A DNA stretch of 64,000 nucleotides from Felis catus (lineage: Eukaryota), in the NCBI RefSeq assembly GCF_018350175.1, contig NC_058368.1, positions 121,336,001-121,400,000 on the forward strand. The letters run 5' to 3'. This document shows, piece by piece, positions 12,562 to 24,860 of the stretch. Below the pieces are notes generated by a model, which was given only the letters and a program-made list of their open reading frames with translations, was not told the origin of the DNA and made no database searches. Each line of letters begins with the position of its first letter. Position 1 is the stretch's first letter. Both the position numbers and the translations under genes were made by a program.

Positions 12562-14399
12562 GACCAAATACTTTTTTAAAACATCAGACAACAAATCTGA
12601 TTTGTTCCCAGCCAAACCCAGAAGCTTAAGAAAAGTACCGCTGCCCTCCTGTCCCCCATTTCCTAAAGTTTTCATCTCTAAACTGTCAATCCCACCATAT
12701 AGATTCCAAATAGTCATGGGCTGAAAAGCAGCATAAGGGATGGGGGAGGAGGTGAGGATGAATTAGGATGGTCAGAATGAGGTCAGCCCGGAAATTGACC
12801 CTCAAATAGTTTACTAACCACAGAGTCTGCGTTTCTTGTTTCTTATTACTATACATGGGTCCGGGGAGAGGGTATCGTTTAGGGGAAAAAGCAGAAAGAA
12901 AAAATGGGAGAAAAATTCACTCCTCCATGGAAATATAAGCAGAAAAGCTATAGACTCTTGTGTCTCTTGGGTTTTTTTAGTATTTTTAATGGACCAAAAG
13001 AGAATCTTTATGTGGTAATACGTATGTAAATGATGTTTATAAAATAAGGTGTAATATCTTAGCTATTATGGGCTATTGTGTAAATAAATCTTAGATATAT
13101 AAAATACATAATCTTATAAAAAATTATTTTATGGAGCAGTGGACACTTAAACTTCCAAAGTTTCATATCTTTGTTCCAAAAAATAGAAAGCTCCAATGCT
13201 GGCAGCTTATTTCCTTAGTATATTCCACTGTAAAGGCAACAAATTTGGTGGGGTTTTATGTGTTTTCTAGTTCTATAATTTATAATAATCCATATGGATT
13301 ACTTTGAAATGTCTATTGCTTGTGTGTTGGTGTTGTTTGCCCATGCGGAGTCATCAGAGATCTGTTCCACACTTTGCATCTTGGAAAAACAAAAGGAATT
13401 TTCTAGTGAGATGAAAAATACCTAGAACATGCCTTCACTGTTGGGAAAACCTCAGATTTATACCACTGGTAGCTTTTTGCAAGTCTGAGGAAATGGGAAG
13501 TTTAAAACCAAAGTTAATGTCTCTCACTTAAATATTGGGTGTTGGTTAACTTTTCTCCTGGGAAGGAAGCACATATTTTTGTTAAGTCCTTTTTTCTTGG
13601 ACATGACATGTTCCGGAGGAAACCGGAAGACAGGGCCCTAAGCTGCCTTGCTTCAGGACAACTCTCCACCATCAGTTTCCAAAGAACTGTCCACATATTA
13701 ATTCTGCTTTCTGTTCTGTGATTCGGTGGTAGATTCAATGACTTTCAGAGCTCAGAGTTTTGTTTGGGTTTGTGGCTCTAGTGAAGTGCTGAGTTTACTC
13801 TTTATCAGCCAGACTGAGGAGAAGAAGCAAAGGCAACAGGGGCCCCCTTGCTGGACAGGTCCGTTTGCACCTCCCACTGACACAGGAGATCCACACCAGA
13901 AACCAGGGCCCGCACTGCCGTCTGCTCTCCACGCAGGGAGAGGCCCATCATATGCCAAAGTGGGGACATTCCCCAACTCTCCGTCGTCAGAGATGCATAT
14001 TGTTCCCAGCTGTAAGCTTGTGAAGCCCGATGTGTGTTTTAGCATGGAACAATAAAACCGGTTTAGTCATCCCTCAGGTCTGGTTCTTTCAGTAGCTGGC
14101 TTGGAGGGGGAGCATTTTATCACAGATTAAACATCAACATTGAGCATTTAATTTTCCCAAAGGGCATTGGTTCCTGGCAGCTGCTCTGGACATCCAAAAG
14201 GGAGGGCTGAGAGGAGAGGAAGGTATCACTTTGTCAGACGGCCACTGCTTAGGATGGGTGGGGATGGCCTCCTCGGCCTCTCAGCGCTCGCCAGGCCAGC
14301 TTGTCTCTGTAGAGCAAACTTCCAGTTTGTACAACCACGTGGGCCCAGGAAGGCCTCTTGGCCATAAACCATCTCTGCTCAAGTCAGAATGCAGAGGTC

Positions 14400-14600
14400 A
14401 AGAGCACAGCCTCAAGAACCTAAACTGCCAGTCACCTAGCAGCTATGTGGCCTTGGGCAAGTCACTTAACCTCTCTGTGGCTCAGCTTCCTTTTCTGGAG
14501 AATGGAGCCACAATAGCATCTTCTTGAGGGACGTACGGTTTAAATGCCTTAAAACGTGTAGAGTACTCTGAACATACACAGGTAGTCAATAAAATGTGCC
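14400..14600 (+). mobile_element. MIR SINE remnant
   Basis: agctatgtggccttgggcaagtcacttaacctctctgtggctcag. Confidence 0.7.
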
Positions 14601-15035
14601 TTACCACTTTCAAAATGTTTGCCACATCCACCAACCATCCAGATTATTATTTACTTAATATTATTTTAATGGATTCAATTTTAACCTAAAATTTAATTGA
14701 AAAGATAATTGTAGATCTCAACTGTAAATGGAAAACCAGCATAATTTGCTGTGAATCTGAAGTAGCATCTAAACAGGTGTAACCGCTTATGTTTACAGAG
14801 TCCTTGCGCCTTGCCAGGCACCACGCTAAGAGTCTTGACTTGTTAGAATCCTCACAGCCTTGTGAGGTCAGCATTACCATTTTACCACTGAGGCACGGAC
14901 ATTGCACCCATCGTGACACAATTAGCAAATGCAGGAGGCAGTCTGGGCTTCAGAACCTGGACTTCCCAGCCCTGTTCCATGCTGCTGCCCTAACAGAAGC
15001 AGGAGTGTGCCATTCACGTGGCGGACAGCTGGTGT

Positions 15036-15790
15036 GGCAGCTTCCCGGGACCACAGTAACAAAGGGCCACAAACAGGGTGGCTCAGAACAACTGAAACTC
15101 GCTCTGTCCAGGTTGTGGAGGCTAGAAGTCCAAAATCAAGGTGTGGGCAGGGAGCTCTAGGGGAAGATCCTGTCTTGTTTCTTCTCGCTGCCCGTCGCCC
15201 ACAGCGCTCCTTGGCTTGTGGCCGCATCTCTTTGATCTCTTCCGCCGCCTTCAGCTCTGCAGAAGCTTCCCTCTGTGCATCTATGTTTGCGTGTCTCCTC
15301 CTCTTCTTGTGAGGACAGCAGTCATACTGGAGTGGGGCCCACCCTAATGATGTCAACTTAACTTAATTACATCTCCAAGACCCTATTTCCAAATAAGGTT
15401 TCATTCACAGATCCCAGGAATTAGGACTTCAACAGATCTTTTTTTTTTTTTAATCCAAGCGAGTTAACATATAGGTATATTAATATGATTTCAGGAGTAG
15501 AATTTAGTGGTTCATCACTTATATATAACACCCAGTGCCCATCCCAACAAGTGTCCTCCTTAATGCCCATCACCCATTTAGCCTATCCCCTCATCCACCT
15601 CCCCTCCAGCAACCTTCAGTTTATTCTTCTGTATTTAAGAGTCTCTTATGGTTTGCCTCCCTCTGTTTTTACCTTATTTTTCCTTCCCTTTTCTATGATT
15701 ATCTATTGAGTTTCTCAAATATCACATATGGGTAAAATCAAACACATCTTTTTTTTGGGGGGGGGTGTGGATGGGGCAGACACAATTCAG
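15036..15790 (-). mobile_element. MLT1-family (MaLR) LTR, interrupted by an L1 3' fragment
   Basis: ccacaaacagggtggctcagaacaac...ggaggctagaagtccaaaatcaaggtgt...ccctatttccaaataaggt...gacacaattcag. Confidence 0.75.
15440..15738 (-). mobile_element. Carnivore L1 3' end fragment
   Basis: poly-T then aacacccagtgcccatcccaacaagtg...gtatttaagagtctcttatggtttgcctcc; degenerate TSD aaca(g/c)atctttttt. Confidence 0.85.
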
Positions 15791-16228
15791 TTGCCCACCT
15801 AAAACTTCAAGCCTGAGGCCAAAGATCTGCCGGTGGTGGGGAGGCGTTGAAGAGCAGCAACAACCTGAGACGGTCTCCTTTGCACCGTGGGGACTGAAGG
15901 GGTCAGGACAAGGGAGAGACAATGCTTCTCTGCTTTAGTGACAGCGTCCAGTCCAGGTGCTAAGATTAACCATCTCCTGCCCCACTGCTGGCGCTCTGGG
16001 AACAGGGGGTAAGCAAAAGAAAGCTTCCCCTGAAAGGATGGTAGAAGGAAGACCGGGGGGAAATGCCACCTTCTCAAACTCCAGGCGGGTGTGGAAGGCA
16101 CAGACTCACCTCTGGAAGTTGCCTTATGTGGCGAGGCTGGAAGAGCAAACCCAGACAAATGACAGAGAGACTTCCCCGGAGGCGCATGTAAAGAGAGAAC
16201 AACAGGAAAGATAGTAGGGGAGAAATCC

Positions 16229-16234
16229 TTTATT
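16229..16234 (-). promoter_or_regulatory. PLAC8L1 polyadenylation signal AATAAA
   Basis: tttatt on + strand 100 nt after the stop codon. Confidence 0.7.
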
Positions 16235-16333
16235 TTCATATTATTTCAGTGAAAAGAACTCTCTCTTCTAAGAGGGCTTTGAGAGGAGGGCAGGGTGGGG
16301 GCGGTGGTGAGGAGGAAGAGTTTTCTGGCTCTG

Positions 16334-16474
16334 TCAGATAAAGCTGTCCTTGGTTGACGGAGCTGCACAGATTTCGTAGAGTTGGGAGGCCCTCATCTTG
16401 AGTTCCCGGGCCACCTGACAGATGGAAAAGGGCCAACAGCAGTGCACCACCAGCCAGTCCTCACACAGTGTGCC
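16334..16474 (-). CDS. PLAC8L1: PLAC8-like 1 terminal coding exon 4
   Basis: 141 nt incl. TGA, ccctag acceptor; GTLCEDWLVVHCCWPFSICQVARELKMRASQLYEICAAPSTKDSFI*; contains the PLAC8-family QxxRELK motif. Confidence 0.95.
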   Translation of the reverse strand, partial: GTLCEDWLVVHCCWPFSICQVARELKMRASQLYEICAAPSTKDSFI

Positions 16475-17606
16475 CTAGGGTGAGACCCAAGTCTCCGTTG
16501 TGGCCCAACCACACAGACTCATGACCATTACCCAGGGGCCTCTGCGATATTTCCTGAAGGCCTAGCCCATCCATGGCTTCCAAGATCCACCAAGTCAATA
16601 TCCTAAATCCATGCCCAGGGACACTGACCCACTAGGATACCCAAGTGCCAAGCAGCTCAACCACTTATCCATCCTTGCACTTCAGAGACCGGTCCTTACT
16701 TAGGGCTTCTGATACAGACTTCATACTGGAAGCCACTGACTTCTCTGTCCGTGTCATTTTTTTTTTTTTTCTGTTAGGACTTAATACGTATAATTATTTA
16801 TTTCTTTGGAGTGGGTAATAAGTACATATGGTTCAAAATTCTCACAGTAAGAAGGCACAGGAAGTAAAAAGAACATCCTCCTCCACAGCTGTCCCCAGCC
16901 ACCCAGTGAACTTGCCTGGGGGTAACTTTTGTTGGCAGGTTTTTATATGCACTTCCACATAAATTCAGTGTCTACACAAGTATATATAGAGTCCTTTTAT
17001 GTAAATAGTTGCGTACTTCTGTGCCTTGTACTTTTTTTTTCACTTCAAAATGTATTTTAGGGATCATTCCACATGAATATATAAGGAGATGTCTTTTTTA
17101 TCTTTAACTGTCCACATCTTGGTCGGTCTGATCTGTCTGGGCTCAGTCTCTCACTGTGCCTCAGTCTCAGCTGCCCTAGAAATTGACGGACTCTGAAGCA
17201 TCCCCCAGGAACCCCCAAAGCGAATTCTGCATATGCCACATAGTCTTCATTTGAAGTCAGACCATCCCAAGTATATCCTCCAAATTTGGTGCGATTCTAC
17301 CCATCATCTTCTCTTGATGCAGTAAGAGAAAGAGAAACAGAAGTAGCCCAGTGACTGGTAATCAGCATTATAATAGGTGCCACTTGAAGTACCCTTCATA
17401 ATGTGGCATTTTGGTTAACATACATCCTCGTAATGAATGAAATCAGAAATTTCTTCCCTTTCCTTTCCCAAAGTCTTCCACTAAGTGTGGTGTTTTTAAG
17501 CATCCTCATCCAGACCTTTTTTTTTTTTTTTTGAAACTCGCAGGTTTGAAAGACATCCAGGTTCTTATAGAGATCCAAGTTCACATATACTTTCAAACAC
17601 ACTTAC

Positions 17607-17743
17607 CCGTATTTTATGTCTCTCTCTGGTGCCAACTCTCAGTGCAAAGGTGGACCCAGGTAACAATGGCCAACAAAGGCACTCTCCGTGATGCCTGGCG
17701 ATGTCACACTCGAGGCACATTGGACAAAACAGACCACAGAAAC
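17607..17743 (-). CDS. PLAC8L1: PLAC8-like 1 coding exon 3
   Basis: 137 nt, phase 1-0, ttgacag acceptor, gtaagt donor; (C)FCGLFCPMCLECDIARHHGECLCWPLLPGSTFALRVGTRERHKIR, Cys-rich PLAC8 domain core. Confidence 0.95.
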
Positions 17744-18410
17744 CTGTCAATAACCACATAAAAGAAAACCAAGGTTCTCAGATGTGCTCAGAGCAACTCC
17801 ACATCTCAAAGAGCATTTACAACCCCGTGCCATCAATTTAATGCTACACTGCCTCCCTGCAATCAGGGACTGAGAATGAATAACCAATTGTCAAAACTCA
17901 GTGTATGAAAATTGCCATAACTGAGCCACATCAAAATTGTCTTCTTTTGTTAAACACTGGCAAAGCTGAACCTGATACAATTCTGTTAGCGTTCATGATG
18001 GTAATTGTTTTTTCCTGTCAAGAGAAAAGCATTAAATAATTTTTTACAGTTGAATTGTAGCTGTTGCTTCTATTATGTTCATCTATCTATTTTCAATATT
18101 TAAAATAGACCCAGTATACGATACTTTTGAATAACAGGCACCTTTTTCTGTCAATGTGATTGAAAGATCTTTTATGCTGCATGGATTCTGTCTGCTGTTC
18201 TCATCAGGACTGTATTCTATTTCTCAGGCCAGAAGGTTACTCTAATTTTTGCTAGTTTCATGGAGCCACCGACATCTGCCAGTTTTAATCTGTAAACTAT
18301 TAGAGGCTTGGTTCCTTTAGCATCAACTGGAAACAGTCTCTCATTTATTCAGCCACTGATCTTTAACTCCTGATACTGTTTCCTACATATTCTGCATGAA
18401 ACATCTAATG

Positions 18411-18577
18411 CAGAGGTTCTGTTTTAAATATGTTTTGGGTCACAGACCCTTTTAAGAATATGATGATAACTGTGAAGTCACTCCTCAAGGGAAAAGAAGG
18501 ATACCCAGACATGCAAAATTGTGATTCAGTTTTGTGGGGTCCAAGGATCCACTGAACTGCAGGTTAAGAATCCCAGA
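18411..18577. mobile_element. hAT-Charlie (MER5-like) DNA transposon
   Basis: cagaggttct...gggtcacagaccctttt...caggttaagaatcccag with terminal-repeat-like ends. Confidence 0.55.
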
Positions 18578-18775
18578 TATACAGTTAAGATGTTAAGTCA
18601 TCCAGCATCGCAAAAGAGGACGACCTTGAAGAATACAAATAATTAGGACTATGAAACAGCAAAAAATAGCAGTAATAATACCAAACAATTAAATACCAAA
18701 AAGCTAGTCATAACCTTTAAAGCATGTATGTAATAAATGTTATTCAGACATAATTTATACACAAGAAAATGCACA

Positions 18776-19006
18776 GGAGCACCTGGGTGGCTCAGTCCGT
18801 TAAGTATCTGACTCTTGGTTTCAGCTCAGATCGTGATCTGATCATGATCAGATCATGTGGATTCGAGCCCTGCATCAGGCTCTATGGTGACAGCATGGAG
18901 CCTGCTTGGAATTCTCTCCCTGTCTCTCTGTTCCACCACAGCTCACACATCTGCGTGCTCTTCTCTCTCTCTCTCTCAAAATAAATAAATAATTTTTTTA
19001 AAAAAA
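18776..19006 (+). mobile_element. Can-SINE
   Basis: gcacctgggtggctcagtccgttaag head, CT tract, A-rich tail. Confidence 0.9.
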
Positions 19007-19754
19007 TCAGAGGGCCCCACTGAGCACTGACCCCTGGCATGAACAGGCCAGAGGACAGATGGCCCAGTAAACTTACTGTGAGTTCACAGTAGTCACATTG
19101 TATGCAACCCTGAATTAGGAGACTTGGAAATCAATGGCACATTAAAAAAAAAAAATCAATCAAATCTCATTTTATGCATGGATTATGAAATAGTGTAAAT
19201 GCCTGCAAATAAAAAATTAATCAAAATTGTATAATTATAAAGCTGGCAAACTAAGTGAATAATAAATTGTGTTTACACAATTGCCCAAGCTGTACCACTT
19301 TAATTGGAAAAGAGAAATGCCCACCATCCTCAGTAAATATATTGTAAAGAAGCTCTTTTCTCCATTGGAATTCCTATACCTTATCTTTGTGACTATTAAG
19401 TCTTTTTAAAAAATACATGCTGTTATTTTTATTTTTAATCCTTTCCATCATATAATCATGTTGTCTAAGTGTTCATTAGGGTGCAGTACTCGATGCTGAA
19501 GGCAACAGAACAAAACACACATCCAATTACCTCAGTACACAAGACAGATATGATCAAAAACAATATGAAAGCCAAATTCTTATTATGTAATAGCTAATAT
19601 TAGACCTCACCATGTGCCACACTTTGCTAAAAATACTTTGCATTCATTAACTCACTTAATATTCACAATAATCCTATAATATAGATACTCTTATTATATC
19701 CATTTTAATAGATAAGCAAACTGATGGCAAGAGGACTTAAGTAATTCACCCAAG

Positions 19755-21700
19755 CGGTTTAATATTCACAAATCAATCAATATTATATACCACATTAATA
19801 AAAGAAAGGATTAGAACCATATAATCCTGTCAATAGATGCAGAAAAAGCATTTGACAAAATACAGCATCCATTCTTGATAAAAACCCTCAGCAAAGTAAG
19901 GAAAGATAGAACATACGTCAACATCATAAAGGCCATATATGAAAGACTCACAGCTAATATCATCCTCAATGGGGAAAAACTGAGAGCCTTTCCCCTGTGG
20001 TCAGGAACAAGACAGGGATGTCCACTCTCACTATTACTATTTAACATCATACTGGAAGTCTTAGCTTCAGCAATCAAACCAAAAGAAATAAAAGGCATCT
20101 AAATTGGCAAGGAAGAAGTGACACTTTCACTATTTGCAGATGATATATTACTGTATGTAGAACACCTGAAAGACTTCACTAAAAAATTGCTCGAACTAAT
20201 ATGTGAATTCAGCAAAGTCACAGGATATAAAAATCGACATATAGAAATCAGTTGCATTTCTATACACCAATAATGAAGCAGCAGAAAGATAAATCAAGGA
20301 ATTGATCCCATTTACAATTGCACCAAAAACTGTAAGATGCCTAGGAATAAACCTAACCAAAGAGATGAAAGATATGTACTCTGAAAACTATAAGCACTTA
20401 TGAAAGAACATGAAGAGGACATAAAGAAATGGAAAAACATCCCATGCTCATGGATTGGAAGAACAAACGCTGTTAAAATGTGTATACTACCAAAGCCATC
20501 TACACATTCAATGCAATCTCTATCAAAATACCACCAGCACTTTTCACAGAGCTAGACCAAACAATCCTAAAAGACCCTAGATATCTGAAGCAATCCTGAA
20601 AAAGAAAAGTAAAACTGGATACATGATGATTCTAGACTTCAAGCTATATTACAAAGCTGTAGTCATCAAGACAGTATGGTACGGGCACAAAAACCAACAC
20701 ATAGATTAGTGGAACAGAATAGAAAACCCAGAAATGGACTCATAGCTATATAGGATCAATTCATCTTCAACAAAGCAGGAAAGAATGTCCAATGGGAAAA
20801 AGACAGTCTCTTCGACAAATGGTGTTGGGAAAACCGGACAGCAACATGCAGAAGAATGAAACTGAACCACTGTCTTATACCATATTTAAAAATAAATTCA
20901 AAATGGATGAAAGACCTAAATGTGAGACAGAAAACTATCAAAATCCTAGAGGAGAACACAGGCAGCAACCTCTTTGACATCGGCCAGAGCAACTTCTTAC
21001 TAGACATGTTGCCAGAGGCAAGGGAACCAAAAGTAAAAATGAACTATTGGGACTTAGTCAAGATAAAAAGTTTCTTCACAGCAAAGGAAACAATTAACAA
21101 AACTAAAAAGTAGCCTACTGGATGGGAGAAGATATTTGCAAATGATATAGCTGATACAGGGTTAGTATCCAAAATCTATAAAGAACTTAGGAAACTCAAC
21201 GCCCAAAAAAACAAATAATCCACCGAAGAAATGGGAAGTGAAGAAGAGGACATGAACAGACACTCTTCCAAAGAGGACATCCAGATGGCCAATAGACACA
21301 TAAAAAGATGTTCAACATCACCCATCATCAGGGAAATACAAATCAAAACCATGATGAGATACCACCTCACACCTGTCAGATGGCTAAAATTAACAAGACA
21401 AGAAACAACAGGTGTTGGCAAAGATGCAGAGAGAGGGGAGACCTGTTGCACTGTTGGTGGGAAGGTACACTAGTGCAGTCACTCTGGAGAACCGTGTGGA
21501 GCTTCCTCATCAAGTTTAAAATAGAACTACCTTATAACGCAGCAATTGCACTCCTATGTATTTACCCAAAGGATACAAAAGTACAGATTCAAAGGGGTAC
21601 ATGCATCCCAATGTTTATGGCAGCATTATCAACAATGGCCAAAGTATGGAAAGAACCCAAATTTCCATCAGCTTATGAAATGATAAAGAAGATGTGGTTG

Positions 21701-21755
<55 letters not shown>

Positions 21756-22100
21756 GAAATAGTATTCGGCCATCAAAAAGAATGAAATCTTGCCATTTGC
21801 AACAATGTGGATGGAGCTAGAGTGTATTATGCTAAGCAAAATAATTTAGTCAGGGAGAGACAAATACCATATGATTTCACTCATATGTAGAATTTAAGAA
21901 ACAAAACACCGTAAGAGACTCCTAATGATAGAGGACAAACTAGGGTTGATGGAAGGAGGTGGGTGAGGGAGGGGCTAGATGGCTGATAGGCATTAAAGAA
22001 GGCACTTGTTTGGATGAGCACTGAACTCTACTCCTGAAACCAATATTGCACTATATGTTAACTAACTAGAATTTAAATAAAAATTTGAAAAGAAAAAAAA
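19755..22100 (+). mobile_element. 5'-truncated carnivore L1 (2.35 kb; decayed ORF2 RT/C-terminus plus 3' UTR)
   Basis: ORF2 fragments ([29 protein letters not shown]) with stops/frameshifts; perfect 16-bp TSD aagtaattcacccaag at 19739-19754 and 22101-22116. Confidence 0.95.
21703..21752. repeat. (CA)n microsatellite inside L1
   Basis: about 24-25 CA units. Confidence 0.95.
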
Positions 22101-22141
22101 AAGTAATTCACCCAAGTCCATACATTTATTAGGAATAGACA

Positions 22142-22378
22142 GGGGTACCTGGGTGGCACAGTCTGTTAAGCATCCAGCTCTGGATTTTGGCTCAGGTCAT
22201 GATATCATGGGGTCATGATCTCACGGTTTGTGAGATCGAGCCCTGCACTGGGCTCCATGCTGTCAGCACAGAACCTGCTTAGGATTCACTCTCTTCCTCT
22301 CTCTATACTCATTCCTTGCCCATGCTCTCTCCCTCCCTCTCTCTGTCAAAATAAATAAATAAACTTAAAAAAAAAAAA
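22142..22378 (+). mobile_element. Can-SINE
   Basis: ggggtacctgggtggcacagt head and A tail. Confidence 0.9.
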
Positions 22379-22699
22379 GGGAAAGAGCACAGGCCTGATT
22401 TGAACTCAGGCAGTCTGGCCCCAAAGTTTTAACCACTACACTTTGGGGTTTAACCACTACACTTTGTCCTCATGTTTTGTGTACATAGTTTGCCACAGTG
22501 CTTGTTGCTCCAAGACAGCACCCTTACTACCACTACTTTGTATTTATTCCTGTGCAACACTCTTACACCATGCAACTTTAGGAAAGTTCCTTTTTGTCAG
22601 ATGTTACTGCTCCAGTGTGATGGAATGAGCAGGACACACACTCTTGGCTCACACCTTGAGGTGGGAAGATGGAACCCTGTCCCACAGAGTCTGTAGGAG

Positions 22700-22835
22700 A
22701 AAATTTTGCAACATACATCACAGGCCAAGGGTGAGTATCCAGAACATGCAAAGAACTCCTACCCATCAATAGATAAAGAACTAAACAAAGAAGAAGAAGA
22801 AGAAGAAGAAGAAGAAGAAGAAGAAGAAGAAGAAA

Positions 22836-22907
<72 letters not shown>

Positions 22908-23450
22908 GAAAGGAAGGGAGAAAGGAAGGAAGAAAATGGGCACAGGACATGAGCAAGTAATTCACCAAAGAGGAAACACAAACAGCCAATAACAAGACAC
23001 GAAAAGCTACTCATTGTTGGTAGTAATCAATGAAATACATGTTAAGACAGATTGGAAACCCATAAGCATGCCAAATGTTTCTAAATTTGTAAATTGCTGA
23101 GAACCATAGAGAACAGGGACCCACTGGAAGCAGGAATGGGCACAATCACTTTGGAAGGCAATTGGGTGAAACTAGTAAAATTTTAAGCACTCTAGGATCT
23201 TGTAATTCTACTTAGGGGTATCTACGCTAGAGTAATGTTTACACGTGCACACAAAGAGGGAACACAGGGATGTCCACTGCAGCATTATCTGCAGCTTGAA
23301 ATTTAAAACTTAAATGTGCACTAATAGATGAGAGTGTAAATAGGCCATGATGGTATAAATCCTACTATGGAATAATTAAGAGTTCAGTGGAAGATTCAGA
23401 ACCAACAGAGTTAAATCTCTAAGACATATTTTGAGTTAAGAAAAATAAAA
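22700..23450 (+). mobile_element. Ancient L1ME-like fragment
   Basis: gagaaaattttgcaaca...aaaatgggcacaggacatgagcaag...ttcaccaaagaggaaac decayed ORF2 3' motifs. Confidence 0.65.
22788..22935. repeat. Compound (GAA)n(GAAA)n(GGAA)n purine microsatellite
   Basis: about 15 GAA followed by about 17 GAAA units. Confidence 0.95.
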
Positions 23451-23452
23451 GT

Positions 23453-23665
23453 GGGGGTACCTGGATGGCTTAGTCGATTGAGCCGACTTTGGCCCAGGTC
23501 ATGGTCTCACAGTTCGTGGGTTCAAGCCCTGCATCAGGCTCTGTGCTGACACCTCAGAGCCTGGAGCCTCCTCGGATTCTGTGTCTCCCTCTCTTTCTGT
23601 CCCTCCCCCACTCACGCTCTGTCTCTGTCTCAAAAATAAATAAAAATAAAATAAAAATTTTAAAA
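23453..23665 (+). mobile_element. Can-SINE
   Basis: Felid SINE body ctcagagcctggagcc and A tail. Confidence 0.9.
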
Positions 23666-24219
23666 ATCAAAGTTCATTATGATATGTACAGCGTAATACT
23701 ATTGATACTTTGTTTAAAGAGTTACAAAACAATAGTATATACTACTCATGGATACATATATAAATAGAGAAAAATATCTGGAAGGAAACCCTCCAAACTG
23801 ATTTAATAAAAAAGAGGAGACATAGTTTCCTGTTCTGTAATGTTCCATTTTTTTTATAAGGTGAACACACTCACGTGTTGTGTATATACATATATGTAAA
23901 AATGTATTGTTTTATATATATGTATTGTTTAAAGGAGCTCAGGCTCAAAAGGGGATTTGAACCATAAATTTGGCCTCTTCTTCTTATGTTACACCCAAAG
24001 GCCTGGTAGTTACGTAAGCACCCACAGCTTAAACGTTCCTGGCTTGTCCTCCTAGATGGGCTCCACCCTCATGCACGAAATGTGGTTCGTTATTCATCCT
24101 CCTAACTCACAGGGGAAGCAAGATAAAAAGAAAAAGCCTACACAAAACCGGAGTGTGGAGCCCCAGAGAGCAAAGGTAGGGAAGGTGGGGGGAAGCTGCA
24201 GCGAAGCAATAGCTCAGAT

Positions 24220-24860
24220 CAATTATTACAAAAAGTCAGAACCATCTAACAGTAAGAGATGCTCAAAAAAGAAATGGGGCACACTCATACAATGTGGGCG
24301 GGAGTGTACATTAGTACAACTTCCAAATGGAGACTCAGTTCGCAGCAACTATCAAGATTTAAAATGGAACATACTATTTGGCCAGCAGGTTTATTCCTCA
24401 GCAATTATCCAACAGGTAAACTCACACACATGCAAAAGTGACATCTGTACGAAGACATTCACGGAGCATTGGTGTGAATAGCAAAAAGTCTGGAGGTCCC
24501 ATGAAGGTGCACCAATGGGGATTTCTGGATAAATAAATCATGGTACATTCATACAAGAGAATCTATGCAGCAATTTAAAATATTAGCTCCAGAAGTGCCG
24601 ATATGGTCTGATACCCTGGATATACCGTTAAATTGAAAACAAAGGTGCAGAACGGTGTGTGTTTACAATTCTACTATTTGTGGAAATTATACACAGACAC
24701 ATTCAGCAAAACTTCTGGAAGGACAGATACCAAAATATTAACAATGATTATCTCTGACAGCTGGGATTACAGGATCCTGCTTTTTTCATTTATAAGCCTT
24801 GTGTGTTTTCCTTTTTTATGATGATTACATGATAGCTTTATAACAAAAAGATTAATCTAT
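24220..24860 (+). mobile_element. Ancient L1ME-like fragment
   Basis: ggataaataaatcatggtacattcataca...atctatgcagcaatttaaaa. Confidence 0.55.

Larger units (their letters stand above)
10226..13100 (+). other. Putative distal terminal (3' UTR) exon of the upstream gene, probably SH3RF2
   Basis: Strong acceptor ttttcaccttcacag at 10211-10225; AT-rich UTR-like stretch 12960-13330 with AATAAA at 13083-13088; gene identity from recalled synteny only. Confidence 0.3.

Noticed and set aside
19811..21839. ORFs resembling reverse transcriptase
   Set aside because: Fragments of a dead 5'-truncated L1 ORF2 with stops and frameshifts
22578..23014. Low-complexity ORFs (poly-E/K, poly-F/L/S)
   Set aside because: Translations of the GAA/GAAA microsatellite
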